A stretch of 64,000 nucleotides of DNA, from positions 47,464-111,463 of IMG/VR virus record IMGVR_UViG_3300049491_001102; one strand, written 5' to 3'. Numbering within the stretch: position 1 is the stretch's first letter; every line of letters begins with the position of its first letter. Below, one piece after another: positions 49,063 through 58,056 of this stretch. A program made the position numbers and the translations under genes. The notes beneath the pieces are model-generated. The model worked only from the letters and a program-made list of their open reading frames with translations, had not been told where the DNA came from and searched no databases. The DNA is from a virus.

Positions 49063-49765
49063 TGCCCATCCACAGCGGAAAATCTTCAGATTCCCCGTAA
49101 GATGCGTACAAGTGTTGAATAAGCCCTAGGTCGGAACTCACGGCGACCACTCGACGCCGCTCGGCGAGCGCTCGCGCAGTGACACCTCGTACCGGATGCG
49201 ATTCATCGACCGTGAGGACCAAGTCGCCAAGTTTGGTGGTGTGGTCGACAACGTCGGCGATCTGCATTCGCGATGCACCGCGAAGATTACCAGCGTACCA
49301 CTGGAACTGGGCGGCATCTCGCGCGAAAACCAAAAGTGCATCATCTTGGGCAGGACCCGGCGCAAACGTACCCGATCGCATCGCGGCTTCCGGCGAGCGC
49401 AAGGGAATGTCGTTGACGAAGCTGTCGTCACCGAAGATTTCATCGACCAACAGGCGTGCGTACGCGGCCAAGTACGCGTTCACCCGCAAACACAAGATTC
49501 CGGAATCTCGCAACAACGAATGGACCAACCGCAACGCAGCTTCGTTGTCGCCCAAGAAGTTCGCGAACACCCGGCGACGGCGGAATCGATCCTCGTGGGA
49601 TGCAAAAGCGGCGTGATTCAGCGTCAGCGGTGAGATTGGCATCTCATTGTCCTGAGCAGCTAAATGCACGTAGGCCAACTTTACCGATGCCATTGCCATG
49701 CGTTTTGCGATCTCAGGAAGCTTGCCCGCAAACAATTTCCCGCACGAATCGGCATAAGGGGTCAT
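49028..49765 (-). CDS. Degenerate beta-class (Mod-like) DNA methyltransferase homologue
   Basis: SVKLAYV, RLVHSLLRDSGILC, LLVDEIFGDDSFVNDI and TKLGDLVL retained; DPPY and FxGxG absent. Confidence 0.65.
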   Translation of the reverse strand: MTPYADSCGKLFAGKLPEIAKRMAMASVKLAYVHLAAQDNEMPISPLTLNHAAFASHEDRFRRRRVFANFLGDNEAALRLVHSLLRDSGILCLRVNAYLAAYARLLVDEIFGDDSFVNDIPLRSPEAAMRSGTFAPGPAQDDALLVFARDAAQFQWYAGNLRGASRMQIADVVDHTTKLGDLVLTVDESHPVRGVTARALAERRRVVAVSSDLGLIQHLYASYGESEDFPLWMGTSGSDDLQESD

Positions 49766-50097
49766 GCTGCGGTGGACTCCTCAATATCTGGTGGTGGAAT
49801 TGGTGTGGGCGTCACATAGTGCTGGACAGCTTCCCCCACTGCGAGCACAACGGCTGCGAATTGCTGAGGATTTCGAATTTGGGCGGCCGCCCAAATCAAA
49901 GCATCTGACGCAATATTGCGCGCCGCGGCTGCGTTGAAATTGGTCGCAATCCAGAACCGCCCATAGTTATGCAACGTAAGCGCGAGCACACGCTTATTAC
50001 CCCGCGTTTGCGGTTTAATCTCTACTTGAATGTCTAGTCCAATATACTTGTCAAGAACTTGTGCTTGGGTTGCGCGCATCTTTGACCGCCTTTTCAA
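49762..50097 (-). CDS. Hypothetical protein
   Basis: ATGA overlap with the downstream gene. Confidence 0.5.
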   Translation of the reverse strand: MKRRSKMRATQAQVLDKYIGLDIQVEIKPQTRGNKRVLALTLHNYGRFWIATNFNAAAARNIASDALIWAAAQIRNPQQFAAVVLAVGEAVQHYVTPTPIPPPDIEESTAA

Positions 50098-50443
50098 GAA
50101 AGATATAGAGACCCGTGATCATCTCGTTCAACTCTTCCGCATGGTCTGCAAGAGCGCGTGGGATCGAGTCCTCGTTGCACTCTTGCAGAAAAGAATCTGC
50201 CATCCCGCGTAATTCGCTGATGGACACAACAAAACGTGGGTAAAGCACTTCGCGAAGCTGCGCTTCCACATCAGGGTCTTTGATGGCATCAGCGTCAGAA
50301 ATATCGAGTGCTAATCGATTGTCTCCTGTGGTTCGCAAGGTGTCCTTTCGGACCCAGTGGCCTTGGTCTGTGATCCAGAACTTTTCTGTTTCCTGTACGA
50401 CGGTGGCCGTCGTACCTTCGATGTGAAACCTTCGGGTGCCCAT
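50051..50443 (-). CDS. Hypothetical protein
   Basis: VVQETEKFWITDQG beta-barrel-like start. Confidence 0.5.
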   Translation of the reverse strand: MGTRRFHIEGTTATVVQETEKFWITDQGHWVRKDTLRTTGDNRLALDISDADAIKDPDVEAQLREVLYPRFVVSISELRGMADSFLQECNEDSIPRALADHAEELNEMITGLYIFLEKAVKDARNPSTSS

Positions 50444-50880
50444 AATTTCTTACCGGTGATTTGCTTTGAGTTGTCTAATGCTGCCAACGCATTGGCGATG
50501 GATCTGAACTGCGGAAGCTCCCCCATCCCCGGGATTTGAGCTGCAGCTTCGAAAACAAATTTCAGGTGCATGTAAGGGATGGGAACCCATGCTTCGCCAG
50601 CGAATTTTTCGGGCCAAGGCGGGTCAATTGCAGCATGAACTTGCACGATCGTGAACTCTTCGTAGAAGCGCACGACATGCCGCCGAGTCTGTCGCGGGTT
50701 GCCTTTGCGTCCACGCACAGATGGCGTCCACATCCCCATAAACAGTGACGGAATGACACGTTGCATTCGAACGTGGTCACCGACTTCCAGCACCTGAACG
50801 TATTCAATCGATTTTGTGGACACTGTGGATGCCCAAATCGACCCAACCTTCAAGTATTGGTCTTTGGTGCTCTTGTCCAT
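50311..50880 (-). CDS. Hypothetical protein
   Basis: GGAG RBS before the ATG. Confidence 0.5.
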   Translation of the reverse strand: MDKSTKDQYLKVGSIWASTVSTKSIEYVQVLEVGDHVRMQRVIPSLFMGMWTPSVRGRKGNPRQTRRHVVRFYEEFTIVQVHAAIDPPWPEKFAGEAWVPIPYMHLKFVFEAAAQIPGMGELPQFRSIANALAALDNSKQITGKKLWAPEGFTSKVRRPPSYRKQKSSGSQTKATGSERTPCEPQETID

Positions 50881-51236
50881 ACTCCGTACAAAACGTCATC
50901 TACTCCAAGGCAGCGAAAGTTTGTGGTGATGCGCCCGAACACAGCCAACACACCATCATCGGTCATGCACACTGCGGGCAAAATGTGGGGGACATCCATG
51001 TCCTTGTGCATTTCGATCGCGCGGTAGAGGTAGTGCCAGCGACGAGGATGTGGCCCCATGCCATAAAGAAGATCACCGCCAAGAACCATTGCCACCAAAC
51101 CTGCAGGCCAGGTGTGGAGCGCAGGTATCGTGGCGTGGATCTGAACGACCGAGGCAGGTAGCTCCACGAGCGGTTCCAGCCTCGGTAGCGTGAAAGTGTG
51201 CAGGGAAGGGAGTGTCGTCGGTGCGCGCTCTGCCAC
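50850..51236 (-). CDS. Hypothetical protein
   Basis: ORF in the minus-strand run. Confidence 0.45.
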   Translation of the reverse strand: MAERAPTTLPSLHTFTLPRLEPLVELPASVVQIHATIPALHTWPAGLVAMVLGGDLLYGMGPHPRRWHYLYRAIEMHKDMDVPHILPAVCMTDDGVLAVFGRITTNFRCLGVDDVLYGVWTRAPKTNT

Positions 51237-51254
51237 CGTGAAACTGTATCAATT

Positions 51255-51551
51255 CTAACCATTCTCGACCATGGTGTGCGCGCTCTGTACGATTTTGAGC
51301 GCGGTTTCAGCCGTGTACCCGAAACGGGCTACGATCAGTCGGTACACGTGCCTGAAGCACGCTGCCTTGAGGCCATCCACATTGAACGGCCCATATTCTG
51401 GCGTTCTTGTGTCATCGACTTGGGTTGTGTTAACCGGGACGACGGTCATCTGACAACCTTTGTCTAGGTCAAACAGAATGTGAGTCTTGTCTGATACGTT
51501 TACACCAACGTAACGTGGCATTGGGTAGCATAGATTGACATTCGCCTTCAT
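51255..51551 (-). CDS. Hypothetical protein
   Basis: GCTATTAA 6 nt upstream of the ATG. Confidence 0.55.
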   Translation of the reverse strand: MKANVNLCYPMPRYVGVNVSDKTHILFDLDKGCQMTVVPVNTTQVDDTRTPEYGPFNVDGLKAACFRHVYRLIVARFGYTAETALKIVQSAHTMVENG

Positions 51552-51580
51552 ACTTCTTTAATAGCGAATATTTGCAATTC

Positions 51581-52147
51581 TTACGCTACAAAAAGAGGAG
51601 CGAAAGCAATCGTTAGCGAATCAGCCAAAAACTTATCGCTGATAATAGGCTTGGAAGGCACGAAGGCGATTTCTCCGCGCGCCATGTACCCTGCGTAAAC
51701 GGGGTTTGGAATCCACTGCCAGTCGCCGCGAAGTTGTGCTTCTGCGGTATCTCGAACCCAATAACCCTGGACATAAGCACTCCAATAGACGTTTGCCTGT
51801 GTATCAGGAACTTCGTGCTCTAAGTACTCACGATCTAACGGGTCCATCCCAACGAGTACATACCGATGCAATTTTTGACTCGTAGACATCACAATACCGT
51901 CTTGTGACACCCAGAAGCCAACAACACCAGCTTCATACGGTATTTCCCCGTGTCTACGCCCTACCAATCTACTGGTATGGCGCTTTGCCGTGTACTCAGT
52001 GATAAACGTCTCGTGAAGCATTCGAAACATACTGCGACCGTGCCACCATGGAACGTTTGCTTCTTGGTACTGAATCGCCATATGCCTTCGCACACCGTTT
52101 TCCCCGTGCTCGATGACGCGCCGTTGGACCTGAGTTAAGTGTTCCAT
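51581..52147 (-). CDS. Hypothetical protein
   Basis: 188 aa, ATG start. Confidence 0.55.
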   Translation of the reverse strand: MEHLTQVQRRVIEHGENGVRRHMAIQYQEANVPWWHGRSMFRMLHETFITEYTAKRHTSRLVGRRHGEIPYEAGVVGFWVSQDGIVMSTSQKLHRYVLVGMDPLDREYLEHEVPDTQANVYWSAYVQGYWVRDTAEAQLRGDWQWIPNPVYAGYMARGEIAFVPSKPIISDKFLADSLTIAFAPLFVA

Positions 52148-52200
52148 AACTTTGAGTGGCCAATTGCCAAGACTTCACCCTAGCAATGGCCAGTTTTTGG

Positions 52201-52626
52201 TCAAGCGCAGCGAAGGTGCGGAATTCGCAAACTCCTTGCCTGCGCGATGCAATCCGCCGTGCCGCTATCCCCCGGAAACGAGATCAGCAAATCGGGGCTC
52301 ACCTCGCGCAGCATCACCCCATTCCGAATCGGCCCCGCACGCTTGGGTCCGTAGCGCCCCCAATCTGCATCCCATGTGCGACCAAGTACGCCCCGGTATT
52401 CTGCCCACTTCTTCGCAGCGAAGTCGGCTCCGCGGGCACCCCCTTGCGCCAAAAATGCAATCCGAAATTGTTCGTGCACGATGTCGAGGTGCTCGAAGAC
52501 CAAAGGCACGTTGGCGTACTTTCGGCCGCCGGTCACAACGACAATAAGGTCTTCAAACGTCGTCAGCGTCGGCGTCAATAGCTTCAGGGAGCATGGCTCG
52601 ATCCGCCGTCGCTTTTGCCCGTTCAT
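52201..52626 (-). CDS. SLOG-superfamily protein (DUF2493/YspA-like)
   Basis: VVTGGRKY...QGGARGAD...ADW...AGPIRNGVML...FPGDSGT. Confidence 0.85.
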   Translation of the reverse strand: MNGQKRRRIEPCSLKLLTPTLTTFEDLIVVVTGGRKYANVPLVFEHLDIVHEQFRIAFLAQGGARGADFAAKKWAEYRGVLGRTWDADWGRYGPKRAGPIRNGVMLREVSPDLLISFPGDSGTADCIAQARSLRIPHLRCA

Positions 52627-53233
52627 AGTCTGCTCGGCGCGCTAAGGTACCCAACACGGATTGCACAACGTCCTCGACCAGAATCGAAATCTGCCGATTG
52701 ATCTGCTCGGCGAGGAACGGCATGTCACTGCTAATTTTGGAACGTGTCTGGTCCACTTGCCGCTGGACGTGCGCAACAAAGGTTTTTACCGTGCCTTTAG
52801 CCGGCGGCTTGCTGCCTTGAAGTTCCCCCGCGAATGCATCCAGAATCGACTCCAACTCCTCAAAGTTGGCGGCAACCTTCTCGGCTTTTTCCTCAATCTC
52901 AACGCGAAGTTGAGCGAAAGTCGTGTCCGGTGGGCACTTGGCAACACCTTTCCGACCGATGCTTTTGATCGTGCATGGCGTTCCTTCGGCCTTGCCCAGT
53001 CGCGAAATGAGCTGCCCCCATTGCAGTTCACTAAACTCCACGGTGACAATCTCTTGGCGCGGGTTTACGCGTGTTTCATGCAAACCCCGGTAAAGGTCTG
53101 CGTGCTTGATCGAGAGGCGTACCCGATTCGCGTGCGTAATCGTCGACATGCAGAGATTTTCATCACCACCATGCACATACGACACCACGGCCGCGCCAAA
53201 GCTTTCATGTTGTAGATGTTGCTCCACTGTCAC
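52553..53233 (-). CDS. Conserved phage hypothetical protein
   Basis: HESFG...IVTVEFSELQWGQLI...GTPCTI; GGAGTG RBS. Confidence 0.65.
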   Translation of the reverse strand: MTVEQHLQHESFGAAVVSYVHGGDENLCMSTITHANRVRLSIKHADLYRGLHETRVNPRQEIVTVEFSELQWGQLISRLGKAEGTPCTIKSIGRKGVAKCPPDTTFAQLRVEIEEKAEKVAANFEELESILDAFAGELQGSKPPAKGTVKTFVAHVQRQVDQTRSKISSDMPFLAEQINRQISILVEDVVQSVLGTLARRADYERAKATADRAMLPEAIDADADDV

Positions 53234-53441
53234 ACCACTCCTTCAAAATCACGTCGAGCTCAGCCACTGTCTTTGTCTTGGCAAGCTCACACAGTTCACC
53301 AGCGCGCTCACGGTCGGCCGATTTGCGTTTCGTAAGAAACGGAAATTCTTGCTCCATGGCCAGAGCTAATAGCCCCCGGCGCTCACGCGCGGTTACGGGT
53401 GTAAGTCGTCCTAACTCTCGCAGTTTTTCGCGGACAGTCAT
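53205..53441 (-). CDS. Hypothetical protein
   Basis: Start ATG 53441 in an ATGA overlap. Confidence 0.5.
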   Translation of the reverse strand: MTVREKLRELGRLTPVTARERRGLLALAMEQEFPFLTKRKSADRERAGELCELAKTKTVAELDVILKEWCDSGATSTT

Positions 53442-53587
53442 TCGGAGGCTGCCCCTTTGAATGAGCAAATGCAGTGGGCTTCATGGTTCTTGTACCCAAT
53501 CCATGCATGGATTGCGGCGCTGCAGCACAGAGCGAAAAAGCTTGAGAGCAGCAGTGTGAGATGAAGATTGGCGCTATTGCGACTCAT
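53438..53587 (-). CDS. Small membrane/secreted protein (49 aa, below ORF-track cut-off)
   Basis: Hand translation MSRNSANLHLTLLLSSFFALCCSAAIHAWIG...; overlaps both neighbours. Confidence 0.45.
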   Translation of the reverse strand: MSRNSANLHLTLLLSSFFALCCSAAIHAWIGYKNHEAHCICSFKGAASE

Positions 53588-53798
53588 TGTTCGGGCCCTT
53601 ATTCTCTCCACCCGGAGACTCAGGCACTAACCATTCCTGATATGTCCGAAGTTTCGTTCCGCACTTTGGACAATCTAGTACTCCATTAGATAGGACACGG
53701 CAAAACTGTAGCCTGGAGTTCGGAATAACCTCCCCGCAGTCTGGACACGATGCCCCTTCTCTTTCAGTAGTCCACGACGTTGGTTTCTCAGTACTCAT
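53574..53798 (-). CDS. Zinc-ribbon protein
   Basis: CPDCG...CPKCG. Confidence 0.6.
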   Translation of the reverse strand: MSTEKPTSWTTEREGASCPDCGEVIPNSRLQFCRVLSNGVLDCPKCGTKLRTYQEWLVPESPGGENKGPNNESQ

Positions 53799-54046
53799 TG
53801 CTCAGGTCCTCGTTGCGTGCGAACCCAACAACCTTGCTCTGCCCACAGCGATCCATCAGGGCAAAGCAATTCCCGCTCACCATACTTGGTCCGCGTCATG
53901 CTCACCGCTTTGCACGGCATCTGATGTTGCACTCGATACGAGTCCGGACCCCGGCAAGGATCCCCCAGGTACATCGCCGTGATCACCAGCACGGTCACAA
54001 CCCCGATTGCTACAATTTTCACAGCTCGAAAAATCTTTGATTTCAT
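53795..54046 (-). CDS. Small membrane-anchored Cys-rich protein
   Basis: N-terminal TM segment, four Cys. Confidence 0.5.
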   Translation of the reverse strand: MKSKIFRAVKIVAIGVVTVLVITAMYLGDPCRGPDSYRVQHQMPCKAVSMTRTKYGERELLCPDGSLWAEQGCWVRTQRGPEQ

Positions 54047-55025
54047 ACTTCACCAAACCTTTTGGATTCAGCAGATATGGTGGGCGCGGCTGCCCTAAAT
54101 CCCATGTCGCCCCCAGATCATTGACCCGAGAAGTTGCCACTTCCAGATGCAACATCGACATCGGCCGACCCTTGTAGGTGCGCAGCACTTGCCGGACCCA
54201 TCCAACAACATCACCTGGGCGCACGATATCCCCAAGACCACATGCGGGCTCGATCTCCCCGTACGTCACGTAAATACCCCCATGGTCGACCACCACCGCT
54301 TCCGTGCGGTTCCACCAAGGGGACCCCACCTCTGCGCCGGTAAACTGCCCAACATTGATGACCTGCCCTGCCCGCATTGCCCACACGGGCGTGTCCACCG
54401 GGGCGTATAAATCCAACCCTGTGTGCACATCGTAGGTTCGTTCTGCCCCAAACTCGCCCTCGACAGAGCTGACCAACTCGTCCATAGGAATGGACCACGG
54501 ATTCGACAGTATATCGACCAGTTCCAATGAGGCGCCGAATCCCTGAAGCTTCGAAATCCAAGCGCGAAAATACCGATGGAGCTCATCGGCATCGGGATGC
54601 GTGCCCGCGATTGTGCGCAAAAATGCCGCATAGTTTTGTGCCTTGTCAGCTACCAGCGCGACGTTAACCTCATGCCACCGGGAGAGCACGGGCTGCCTGC
54701 CCGTTCGCGGTAAGCAAGAATTTGCGGTGCAGTGGTAGTCAAAACCTGCCGCGTGCACGCTCATTGGGAAAATCCGGGCCAACGCAGACTTTTGCTCCTC
54801 CCACTCCTTTTCCATCTGATATAGCGGATGGAGGCAGAACAGAACGCGGGTGAACTCATCAGCGCCTAAAAGGTCGAGGATCTGCAAACCCTCAGTGATG
54901 TGCCGCATGTACGGCTCGCGGGAACGTTTTGATACACGGTCCTTGAAACACGACTGGATGAACTCCAGTGCAATGGGTAGTGACACCGGTTTGAATGGGC
55001 TTGCAATATGAATGGACCAGGTCAT
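53877..55025 (-). CDS. HD-like domain fused to M23-family peptidase domain
   Basis: PYMRHI...LHP...ADKAQN N-domain; HTGLDLYAP...V..GDVVG...LHLE M23 domain. Confidence 0.7.
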   Translation of the reverse strand: MTWSIHIASPFKPVSLPIALEFIQSCFKDRVSKRSREPYMRHITEGLQILDLLGADEFTRVLFCLHPLYQMEKEWEEQKSALARIFPMSVHAAGFDYHCTANSCLPRTGRQPVLSRWHEVNVALVADKAQNYAAFLRTIAGTHPDADELHRYFRAWISKLQGFGASLELVDILSNPWSIPMDELVSSVEGEFGAERTYDVHTGLDLYAPVDTPVWAMRAGQVINVGQFTGAEVGSPWWNRTEAVVVDHGGIYVTYGEIEPACGLGDIVRPGDVVGWVRQVLRTYKGRPMSMLHLEVATSRVNDLGATWDLGQPRPPYLLNPKGLVKYEIKDFSSCENCSNRGCDRAGDHGDVPGGSLPGSGLVSSATSDAVQSGEHDADQVW

Positions 55026-55027
55026 GA

Positions 55028-55144
55028 CTACCCTTTCCACAGCGACCAAAGAAGTTCAGCAACGAATAACGCCATCACAGTGATGAGAAAATCAACGATG
55101 AGTTTTTTGAGCGGTGATGATTGCTTCTTATTTTCGCAGTCCAT
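55028..55144 (-). CDS. Small single-TM protein (38 aa)
   Basis: MDCENKK...LIVDFLITVMALFVAELLWSLW. Confidence 0.4.
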   Translation of the reverse strand: MDCENKKQSSPLKKLIVDFLITVMALFVAELLWSLWKG

Positions 55145-55146
55145 AG

Positions 55147-55228
55147 TGGTCGTGAGGGGATTCGAACCCCTGGCTGCTCGCTGTTGAAACGCTATGAACG
55201 ACAACTCACAGTCCACCGAGGCACGACC
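55147..55228 (-). ncRNA. tRNA-like element (perfect acceptor and T arms, aberrant anticodon arm)
   Basis: GGTCGTG/CACGACC 7-bp stem, AGGGG-TTCGAAT-CCCCT T arm, discriminator A, no encoded CCA. Confidence 0.65.
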
Positions 55229-55251
55229 GAACCGGCAATCGCCGGCAATCA

Positions 55252-56874
55252 CTAGTCCCATCGGTCAATGAGATATTCGTTCCAGGCATTGTCCACGCAC
55301 GCGCGCACGTGAAGTCCCGTTGATTTTTGTCCAAAAAGAAAACCGCTTGCCAATAGTTCGGGACCGTCACCACTGGATATTGGGGTTGTGCGCGAATATG
55401 CCTCAAGTGTAGCCCTAACCTCATGCAACTCAGTGCGCAGCGTCTCTGGAAACAGTGCTAATGAATTTCGTCGCTGGTCCCGTGCATCCCGAAGAACAAA
55501 CATCACCTGCTGATTGATTGCTGGGTACTCGCCATGCCAATGACACGGCAATTTGGTCAATGCCAAGACATCGACCCATCCCAGAGGCAATCCCCATTGG
55601 CGAGGCGCACTCCCATTCACGTACAAATACCAGTTCACTGGATTCCGTGATTCTGGATTATCCCACTTGAATAGTGGTGCCGCATCCTCGTGCTCTGCAG
55701 TAACGAATGCTGCATAGCTATCCATCTGGTCGACCGTTCGAAACTGGAGTGCAGTGACACTGGGCAACACGGTCTGCTGAAACTTTACCTAGGTCATTCG
55801 CTGCTGCGGCAATGCGGTTGGTGCAACCTTGGGAGCTGCATCCTTGGTAGCCACCTTCCCGAAAAGGCCAGGCTTCTCCTCCGCGGTCAGGGTAACGGGT
55901 CGCCAAAAACTTACGATCTCGTCAAGCCGCGCGAACCGTCGGCGCAACGCCGAGGCAAGCCCGAGCTCTTGAAAGAGTTGCTCTGCTCGCTTCACGTTCT
56001 GCTCGCTCGGCGCGGCTTGGGGCCGTTGGTACCGAGTGGGGTCAACCATCGTCGCCATGCGCCGTGACATCTCGCTGAAATCCGTGCCTGCTTTCACCAT
56101 CTCCACGAGCTCACCTACGATCCCCGCTTTGGGGTGACAAAACCCTGGGCCTGCATGAGCGATCGCGTGCCAAACAATACGATCGGTCGCTCGTTGATCC
56201 CGTGCGGAATCCTTCTGCTTGCGCAAGTTGAGAAGCCAAGTCGCCGACCCTTTGGCTTTCTCAGTGCCGGGCAACTGGTTGGTGTTGAGGATGCGCACCA
56301 ACTCTTGCAAATGGTTGCTGGTTACCTCGCCCAGGAAGCGACTCACATTTTCGAAGTCGTGGCGCTTTGCCGCCTCAGCCCGCGAAGGTTCGGTAGCAAG
56401 ACCAGTCCACCCCGAAGGCAGGGTCACGTGGAAATGCTCCCAAGTGCCGGTCACGGGAGTGCCAAGCACTCGCTCCTTTGCCGAGAACGTTCCCACAATG
56501 GCTGCGTGTCGCACCAAACCCCGCAGGACGTTAATCGCTGGGGCGAAGATGTTGGTGTCCGGCACTTCCGGCCAAATTGCAGAGTGTGCAACCCCAAGCT
56601 CATCAAACACCACAAGGCCGCCGTATCGCTCGAAGAAATGACGACAGCTATTGCACGTGTAGTGCTGCCGCAACTCCTCAGGCAACCGACTCAAGAACAG
56701 CGAGAACAGTAAGGGTGCATCGGTGCGAAACAAGGGTGTTTTGCTCCCCACGATTCCGTCAAAGTGGCTCTTTACGAGAGCCTTGAGCGAAACGTAATCA
56801 AACCCATGGTGTTGATGCTGTTGGTGTTGTTGCTCTTGTGCTTGTACTTGTTGATCGTTCATAGCGTTTCTCAC
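55252..56874 (-). pseudogene. Single ~540-codon gene interrupted by an in-frame TAG at 55789-55791
   Basis: ORFs 55789..56874 and 55252..55770 share a frame: ...RMT*VKFQQTVLP... Confidence 0.6.
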
Positions 56875-57473
56875 ACTCTTGAGGCATTAATCAGTATCGG
56901 ATTCTTAAACTCGGTCGCGGTCACTGTAGGTTGCTGTGAAAGTGTATTCACAACATGAAGGTATTCCAATAACTGGAGTACCGACATTGTATCTGCACTC
57001 TCTGCTAGCCCTTTTCCTAGGAGGAAAGCGGGAATTTTTGACCGCTGCTGTTCACCGGTCAAAGTCTTTGTATACCATTGAATAGCCGCATTTGTCGCTG
57101 GTGACCAATGACCAGCACTTGGTACCATCTCTGCGTATGTATCAATGGCATGTAGTTTTGCTAATGGAGAAAAGTCGAAAGGAAATAGAGGTCTAGCCTG
57201 AGGCTTAGACACAACAAATTGAACAAAATCAGCACAAACATGGAGATACTCCCCTTCATCTGATACTCGACCAACACTGGCACAGTACCTATTTATGATT
57301 GTGTTTTGGTACTCGTCAGGTTCCAGGTTAACGCGACTGTTTTTAAGAAACGACAGACGACTAGCCTCAACTAAAGCCCAAGAAACTGCTGTGTACAGCA
57401 CACAAGATTGAGGCAAGCACTGTAGCACTCTACTTATGAAAACATTGTCTGTCTGGGCTTCCTTCATACTCAC
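56871..57473 (-). CDS. Hypothetical protein
   Basis: 200 aa, abuts neighbouring genes. Confidence 0.55.
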   Translation of the reverse strand: MSMKEAQTDNVFISRVLQCLPQSCVLYTAVSWALVEASRLSFLKNSRVNLEPDEYQNTIINRYCASVGRVSDEGEYLHVCADFVQFVVSKPQARPLFPFDFSPLAKLHAIDTYAEMVPSAGHWSPATNAAIQWYTKTLTGEQQRSKIPAFLLGKGLAESADTMSVLQLLEYLHVVNTLSQQPTVTATEFKNPILINASRV

Positions 57474-58007
57474 CTAACTGGCGACAGCGTTGCCGAGAAC
57501 ATCCAGAGAAGCACGCCGAATCTCAGACTTAGATAAAGTCAGCCACGGTGTGTAATCTTCGATGATCATTTCCGTCGTTGACTCTGCGTAGCCACTGACA
57601 TTTCGTCCTAGTCGTTTAGCAACGCGGATTGACTCACAGTACGCTTGCAACTCCCAGATCAACCGTTGTTTAGGGTTAATGACATATTGACGGCGAAACT
57701 TTGCCCCGCCAACGACTTGCTGCTGCACAAGGTGAATCCTCTCGTGCGCCAGCAATCCAGCTTTCGTCTCCAACAGTTTGCTCTCAAAGTCATAGGGCAA
57801 CATCAATTGACCCGGAAGTGTTGTTGCTACACGTGAGAACTTCTTAAATAAAATTGCCTTCTTCTTTGTTGTAATCGCGTAGTCTGCCTGTCTAAAGGCG
57901 TTGAGGCAGTAGATGAGAATGTGTTCCGCGTTCGTGATGGTGTCCAGGTACGGGTCGGCGTACATGCGCGACTTTGCTTCTTTGATGTCTAGAGCTGAGA
58001 TTGCCAT
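57474..58007 (-). CDS. HExxH zinc metallopeptidase-like protein (DUF4157-like)
   Basis: LLAHERIHLVQ...WELQAY; intact HExxH plus downstream Glu. Confidence 0.7.
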   Translation of the reverse strand: MAISALDIKEAKSRMYADPYLDTITNAEHILIYCLNAFRQADYAITTKKKAILFKKFSRVATTLPGQLMLPYDFESKLLETKAGLLAHERIHLVQQQVVGGAKFRRQYVINPKQRLIWELQAYCESIRVAKRLGRNVSGYAESTTEMIIEDYTPWLTLSKSEIRRASLDVLGNAVAS

Positions 58008-58031
58008 TAGTAGTTCTCGTTCCTTGCGACT

Positions 58032-58056
58032 TTAATAGCTTGAGTCGAGGAAAGTT
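58032..58056 (-). promoter_or_regulatory. Phage promoter motif copy 3
   Basis: AACTTT-CCTCGACTCAA-GCTATTAA. Confidence 0.65.

Noticed and set aside
53497-53514. Perfect 18-bp palindrome CAATCCATGCATGGATTG
   Set aside because: It is a single copy inside a plausible small ORF with no other support for a regulatory role.
55147-55228. Functional amber suppressor tRNA or tmRNA
   Set aside because: There is no CTA anticodon loop, the element is too short for tmRNA, and there is no G3-U70 pair or tag reading frame.
55789-55791. Genome-wide TAG reassignment
   Set aside because: Many genes end at TAG with tight downstream packing (for example at 5080, 24136 and 31777), and long ORFs are intact in the standard code.
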